A DNA stretch of 32,000 nt from Candidatus Scalindua sp. GTDB lineage: Bacteria > Planctomycetota > Brocadiia > Brocadiales > Scalinduaceae. Of this stretch, positions 26,501 to 32,000 are shown one piece after another. The stretch spans positions 3,510,001 through 3,542,000 of the forward strand of contig JALDRA010000001.1 of assembly GCA_031316235.1 (NCBI GenBank), given 5' to 3'. The notes under the pieces were generated by a model. The model did no database searches. It was not told the DNA's origin and saw nothing but the letters and a program-made list of their open reading frames with translations. Made by a program: the position numbers and the translations under genes. How positions within the stretch are numbered: the stretch's first letter is position 1; every line of letters starts with the position of its first letter.

Positions 26501-27532
26501 ATGAAAAGACACCTTAATACATTATTCGTCACGACACAGGGAGCATATCTCGCAAAAGAGGGAGAGACAGTTATCGTTAAGGTAGATAATGACATCCGCC
26601 TGCGTCTTCCGGTGCATACAATTGGGGGAATTGTCTGTTTCGGACAGGTATCATGCAGCCCCTGGCTCATGGGATACTGCGCGGAGCAGAATGTGGCGAT
26701 AAGTTTCCTGACTGAGTACGGTCGATTTCTTGCAAAGGTACAGGGTCCGGTATCGGGGAATGTTCTATTACGGCGTGAACAGTACCGTCAGGCTGATAAT
26801 CCTGAAACATCGGCTGCAATTTCAAAGGCAGTCTTGACCGGCAAGATAGCCAATTGCCGTATAGTGCTTGAACGGGTACTGCGGGACCATCCAGATAAGA
26901 TTGAAACAAAGTCAGTGACCATGGCTTCACAGAAGCTTGCAAATTCACTAAGAAGGCTGCAATCAGAATTACCACTGGATATTTTGCGCGGAATCGAAGG
27001 AGAAGCCGCATTGACCTATTTCGGGGTATTCAACCATCTGATTACTTCACAGAAAGAAGATTTTGTATTTCATGACCGAAACCGCAGGCCTCCTCTCGAT
27101 ACGGTGAACTGTCTCTTATCATTTATCTATACAATTGTTATGCATGATGTCAGGTCGGCGTTAGAGACTGTCGGCCTTGATCCAGCAGTCGGCTTCCTCC
27201 ATAGAGACCGTCCCGGACGGCCCAGCCTCGCCCTTGATATGATGGAGGAGTTCCGCCCATTCCTTGCAGACCGCCTTGTACTTTCACTGATCAACCTCGG
27301 CCAGGTGAAGGGCAAGGGGTTTGAAATCAAAGAAAACGGTGCGGTACTGATGGATGATGAAACAAGAAAAACCGTGCTTACCGCTTATCAGACAAGAAAA
27401 CAGGATGAGATTGTGCATCCATTCCTCAATGAGAAGGTGACGATAGGGGTTTTATTCCATGTGCAGGCAATGCTTATGGCCCGTTATCTGCGCGGTGACC
27501 TGGATGCCTATCCGCCATATGTGTGGAGGTAA
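26501..27532 (+). CDS. cas1: Cas1 integrase
   Basis: 343 aa. LNTLFVTTQGAYLAKEGETV, GIEGEAALTYF, RRPPLDTVNCLLSFIY and GFLHRDRPGRPSLALDMMEEFR. Confidence 0.95.
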   Translation: MKRHLNTLFVTTQGAYLAKEGETVIVKVDNDIRLRLPVHTIGGIVCFGQVSCSPWLMGYCAEQNVAISFLTEYGRFLAKVQGPVSGNVLLRREQYRQADNPETSAAISKAVLTGKIANCRIVLERVLRDHPDKIETKSVTMASQKLANSLRRLQSELPLDILRGIEGEAALTYFGVFNHLITSQKEDFVFHDRNRRPPLDTVNCLLSFIYTIVMHDVRSALETVGLDPAVGFLHRDRPGRPSLALDMMEEFRPFLADRLVLSLINLGQVKGKGFEIKENGAVLMDDETRKTVLTAYQTRKQDEIVHPFLNEKVTIGVLFHVQAMLMARYLRGDLDAYPPYVWR

Positions 27533-27541
27533 GAGAGAACA

Positions 27542-27829
27542 GTGTTTGTACTAGTCAGTTATGATGTTGCTTCGGAAGATAATGGTCAGCGGAGGCTGCG
27601 CAGGGTGGCAAGGGCATGTCAGGACTACGGCCAGAGGGTGCAGTATTCAGTCTTTGAATGCATTGTTGACCCCGCACAATGGACGGTCTTGCGCAATAGA
27701 CTAATTGATGAAATTGATCCAGAAATAGATAGTTTGAGGTTTTACTTCCTGGGTTCAAACTGGAAGCATCGGGTAGAACATGTTGGTGCTAAAAAGTCTT
27801 TAGATCAGGACGGGCCATTGATCGTTTAA
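27542..27829 (+). CDS. cas2: Cas2
   Basis: 95 aa with a GTG start. FVLVSYDV......RRLRRVARACQDYGQRVQYSVFEC. Confidence 0.92.
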   Translation: MFVLVSYDVASEDNGQRRLRRVARACQDYGQRVQYSVFECIVDPAQWTVLRNRLIDEIDPEIDSLRFYFLGSNWKHRVEHVGAKKSLDQDGPLIV

Positions 27830-28010
27830 GTGGTAGTGCGAACCCGGAGCCCACATTCATTCCCAGTCAGGTTCGCAAGTCGATAAAGCATTATTATTGT
27901 ATATGTTATGCACAATGTTCTTTGACAAACTAATGACTAACTGTGCAGAATTGAAGGGTCGCAAAAAGTAGTGAATAAGCTCTTTATTATTAATGGCTTA
28001 TAAATGAGTA
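27830..28010 (+). promoter_or_regulatory. CRISPR leader (AT-rich, between cas2 and the first repeat)
   Basis: 181 bp and AT-rich toward the array. Contains an 8-bp inverted repeat (TGCGAACC at 27837-27844, GGTTCGCA at 27870-27877) and a TTGACA hexamer at 27922-27927. No promoter could be pinned down with confidence. Confidence 0.65.
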
Positions 28011-31000
28011 GTCGCTCCCCGTGCGGGAGCGTGGATTGAAACTGCACCAGAGGTAAAAGCTATCGATGCAGGTAAGTCGCTCCCGTGCGGAGCGTGGATT
28101 GAAACGATAATTTCGGACGAATAAGCCTTCAATTGTACTCGTCGCCCCCGTGCGGGAGCGTGGATTGAAACATCAAATCTCTTCAGAGGAGCAGTCAATA
28201 TTTAGTCAGAAAGTCGCTCCCCGTGCGGGAGCGTGGATTGAAACTCTAATGTTTTACAAATAAAGTATTGCGAAATAGTCGCTCCCTCGTGCGGGAGCGT
28301 GGATTGAAAACCTTAACTTGGCGTTTCTTCCGCTACGTCGCTCCCCGTGCGGGAGCGTGGATTGAAACCAATCATTGCAATTACAATCATTGAACATACG
28401 TCGCTCCCCGTGCGGGAGCGTGGATTGAAACTTGTCCTGAGTAAGAAAAGTACAAGAGTATAAGTCGCTCCCCGTGCGGGAGCGGATTGAAACGGGCAAG
28501 AGGCTTCTAGGCTACACTGACAAAGAAATGAGTCGCTCCCCGTGCGGGAGCGTGGATTGAAACACATTATGATTAACTACCGAATACGGAGTTATATAGC
28601 TCGGTCGCTCCCCGTGCGGGAGCGTGGATTGAAACTTAATATCGCTCTTTCTTCTCGTATGGCTACACGTCGCCCCCTCGTGCGGGAGCGTGGATTGAAA
28701 CTGGGACTAGACTCAACTATGTATGGTCAGCAAGTAGTCGCTCCCCGTGCGGGAGCGTGGATTGAAACTTACGATAAGCCTTTCAATTGTACTTCAAGTC
28801 GCCTCGTGCGGGAGCGGGATTGAAACGCCAAATCATAAGCATGTGAAGAATCCGGTCGCCCCCCGTGCGGGAGCGTGGATTGAAACAAATAAATATCGGT
28901 TTAGATCCGATTCACCGTCGCCCCCTGCGGGAGCGTGGATTGAAACTTAGAAGTATTGGACACCAGGCTAGGTGATGTCGCTCCCCGTGCGGGAGCGTGG
29001 ATTGAAACCAGGAAAAGTTTACAATAGTAATAGGTTTTGGGCGTCGCTCCCCGTGCGGGAGCGTGGATTGAAACACAAACCTACTACTATTATCTGGCAA
29101 TTTTGTCGCTCCCCGTGCGGGGAGCGTGGATTGAAAACTTCGCTTAATTTTTTAATTTTTAGATCAGCTTGTAAGTCGCTCCTCGTGCGGGAGCGTGGAT
29201 TGAAACACTTGAGATAACCGGGGTCCCACAAGGCAGTAGGTCGTTCCCTCGTGCGGGAGCGTGGATTGAAACTCTGTGCAATCAGCCAAAGCATATGCTA
29301 CACGGCAGACACAGGTCGCTCCCCGTGCGGGAGCGTGGATTGAAACTTGACTAAAGGAAAAGGCGTTGAGACTCTGGAGAAGTCGCCCCCGTGCGGGAGC
29401 GTGGATTGAAACAAGGCAATTGCTCACATACGGCCTTAATTTCTTTGTCGCTCCCCGTGCGGGGAGCGTGGATTGAAACAACGAACAACCATCATGAGCA
29501 CATGGCCGAGTTTGTCGCTCCCGTGCGGGAGCGTGGATTGAAACGCAACTGTAGTTCCGGTGCAGGCGCACATGGGATCGTCGCTCCCCGTGCGGGAGCG
29601 TGGATTGAAACTATATAGTCAGTCTCTTCTTTGTGTACGGCAAGTCGCTCCCCGTGCGGGAGCGTGGATTGAAACCTGTCATCACCATCACCGAACCCCG
29701 ATTATCGCGTCGCTCCCCGTGCGGGAGCGTGGATTGAAACTTTAAATGACAAACAAAACCAACTTATAACTGGTCGCTCCCGTGCGGGAGCGTGGATTGA
29801 AACTTGTCACTAAGGTTTCCGGAGTGAAATTATTATGTCGCTCCCCCCGTGCGGGAGCGTGGATTGAAACATGCCCTTTAACCTTCCCTCCGGCTATGGT
29901 TTTAGTCGCCTCGTGCGGGAGCGTGGATTGAAACAATTTACCCACTATACCATTAAACAGTAGAAAAGTCGCTCCCCGTGCGGGAGCGTGGATTGAAACA
30001 AATATAAAATTGGAGATTTCAATGATCTTTGAGAGTCGCTCCCCCGTGCGGGAGCGTGGATTGAAACATGACACTGGCGGGCATCTCCTGAAGATTTTGA
30101 TGTCGCTCCCGTGCGGGAGCGTGGATTGAAACTCTCATGATGTACTAGAGGTAGGTAATGATCAGGTCGCTCCCCGTGCGGGAGCGTGGATTGAAACTTC
30201 GTAGACAATCCCGGATTCTGCCAGATAGTGAACGTCGCTCCCCGTGCGGGAGCGTGGATTGAAACGATTCTGGTGCCAGCCGTCAATGTCGCAGTAGTAG
30301 TCGCTCCCCCGTGGAGCGTGGATGAAACCCTTTGCCTTTGTCTGTTTTACTCTCAGGGGCTTTACGTCGCTCCCCGTGCGGGAGCGTGGATTGAAACTTG
30401 CTGCAATTGCAACGGGAACGTATACAGTTGACGTCGCTCCCCGTGCGGGAGCGTGGATTGAAACGTTCTTGTTCCTCTGTCATGTCTCCTGGGTAATGTC
30501 GCTCCCCGTGCGGGAGCGTGGATTGAAAACGTTTCAGTGCTCAAGGATTCCGAATCCTATAACTGTCGCTCCCCGTGCGGGAGCGTGGATTGAAACATAA
30601 CAGGAATAATATATCTATAAACCAAACTTGGTCGCTCCCCGTGCGGGAGCGTGGATTGAAACATGAATGAAATAGAGAAAACACGGGTGGCAGAGAGTCG
30701 CTCCCCGTGCGGGAGCGTGGATTGAAACATAAACAAATTCCTTTCTATTGTTGGTTGCCAAAGTCGCCCCCGTGCGGGAGCGTGATTGAAACTTACCGGA
30801 AAGGGCTCTGGTGCAGGCGATACGAAAGCTAAAGGTCGCTCCCGTGCGGGAGCGTGGATTGAAACTATTGAACCTCAATGATAAACTGTGATTGCTCGGT
30901 GCGTCGCTCCCTCGTGCGGGAGCGTGGATTGAAACGGATAATCCGCGCTTTGCAAAATTCCACTCGACAACGTATTAGTCGCTCCCCGTGCGGGAGCGTG

Positions 31001-32000
31001 GATTGAAACTTGGATTTTATTCAGGAGGCATAGGGGTGAGAATACGAGGGGATGACGCCCCCCGTGCGGGAGCGTGGATTGAAACTTACTCCAGAGGCAT
31101 GAGTTAATTATTAAGGATATTAGGTCGCTCCCCGTGCGGGAGCGTGGATTGAAACGCAGTGGAAGTCATATACTTTGATTAGTGTCAGAGGAAACCGGTC
31201 GCTCCCCGTGCGGGAGCGTGGATTGAAACTTACGATTGCTAAAAACGCTGAATGCTAAGTCCCACCATCCAGTCGTCCCCCGTGCGGGAGCGTGGATTGA
31301 AACGCAACCCCTCTTCGAGATCGGGCAGGCTAAATTCTGGAGGCGCGTCGCTCCCCGTGCGGGAGCGTGGATTGAAACTTACCTCAGAATATAATGCGAC
31401 ACACTGATGACTCGATTAAGGTCGCTCCCCGTGCGGGAGCGTGGATTGAAACCTAGCAAACCAGGTCTCCAGGCTTTTAAGGCAATGGGTTAATTCCGCG
31501 TCGCTCCCCGTGCGGGAGCGTGGATTGAAACGTATCCAAATAGAGCAAGCCAAGACTGGAGCAGCGACTTTGAAGTCGCCCCCGTGCGGGAGCGTGGATT
31601 GAAACATCTTGTGCATCACTTGAATTTCCGCTTAATTAAAATATCCTTGTCGCTCTCGTGCGGGAGCGTGGATTGAAACATCGTAAGAAGGCGGCATTGT
31701 TGAGCACGGCGATTAAGCAATAGTCGCTCCCCGTGCGGGAGCGTGGATTGAAACTTCGTGTCAACCGCAACTCTCTGATTGCCCAAACAACCCTATCGTC
31801 GCTCCCCGTGCGGGAGCGTGGATTGAAACTTGCAATTGCCTAGGCAATGGCGTTTCCAGAGGTGAAGCTGGTCGCTCCTCGTGCGGGAGCGTGGATTGAA
31901 ACACCTATGTTGCACAGGTAGAGATAAATGAGCGTTTGATGTCGCTCCCCGTGCGGGAGCGTGGATTGAAACTTATCAAATGACATCTTATTTCGCAGGA
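28011..32000 (+). CRISPR. CRISPR array, type I-C repeat GTCGCTCCCCGTGCGGGAGCGTGGATTGAAAC; 59 repeats, 58 complete spacers, continues beyond window
   Basis: Repeats were located one by one (first at 28011-28042, last at 31941-31972). The repeat has a 7-bp stem CGCTCCC/GGGAGCG and a 3' ATTGAAAC handle. Orientation matches the cas operon. Confidence 0.98.

Noticed and set aside
27922-27951. Leader promoter guess: TTGACA at 27922-27927 with CAGAAT 18 nt downstream
   Set aside because: The -10 candidate is poor (3 of 6), and other AT-rich hexamers nearer the array are equally plausible. It cannot be called without TSS data.
30398-30432. Possible self-targeting: spacer 37 shares a 13-nt exact match (CTGCAATTGCAAC, 30401-30413) with the HAD gene (9522-9534)
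   Set aside because: Identity breaks down right after the 13-mer. By my rough estimate about one 13-nt chance match is expected between 59 spacers and both strands of a 32-kb window. There is no full protospacer.
29545-30834. Spacers 24 and 43 share GGTGCAGGCG (10 nt)
   Set aside because: The match is too short to distinguish from chance and the flanks are unrelated.
27998-31619. More than 20 ORFs of 60-135 aa on both strands across the CRISPR array, with recurring peptides (PRSRTGSD, VRERGLK, APRAGAWIET, STLPHGER)
   Set aside because: They are translations of the 32-nt repeat in different frames and on both strands. Their periodicity equals the repeat-spacer unit, so they are not genes.

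Overview
AT-rich bacterial chromosomal window; no rRNA or tRNA genes seen. Region 1-18.1 kb holds ordinary signalling, redox, ion-homeostasis and envelope-stress genes: a partial histidine kinase, two tandem CheY-like receivers, trxB, an RCK-gated K+ channel, a YbjN-like + PspA + DUF4178 trio, an aldo/keto reductase, a RidA-like protein, an HMA metal-binding protein, a HAD hydrolase, an NhaP-type antiporter and a PhzF-like protein. Two things interrupt this run. (i) Five copies of a 57-143 bp hairpin-containing dispersed intergenic repeat, all within the first 9 kb. (ii) An uncharacterised three-gene module: a 2-TM DUF2760-like protein followed by two divergent paralogous Hsp70-like ATPases, one with an extra C-terminal domain of about 330 aa. 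Region 18.1-19.9 kb is a decayed junction. It contains a four-helix-bundle (23S rRNA IVS-type) gene embedded in a 28-unit 9-bp tandem repeat (YGYTTRAAC), a doubly truncated AAA ATPase, an IS630-like HTH stub, and a frameshifted 5' stub of a second cas3. Region 19.9-27.8 kb is a complete type I-C cas operon (cas3-cas5c-cas8c with a probable internal cas11c start-cas7c-cas4-cas1-cas2). A leader and a CRISPR array of at least 59 repeats follow, and the array runs off the window. The array is odd in two ways: about half of the repeats carry variants, and spacer length switches from about 34 nt near the leader to about 42-43 nt distally. The best candidates for something new are the DUF2760/double-Hsp70 module, the spacer-length switch taken together with the cas3 stub (possible cas-cassette replacement), and the combinatorial 9-bp repeat around the four-helix-bundle gene. 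All family assignments are from reading motifs by eye; no database search was possible.
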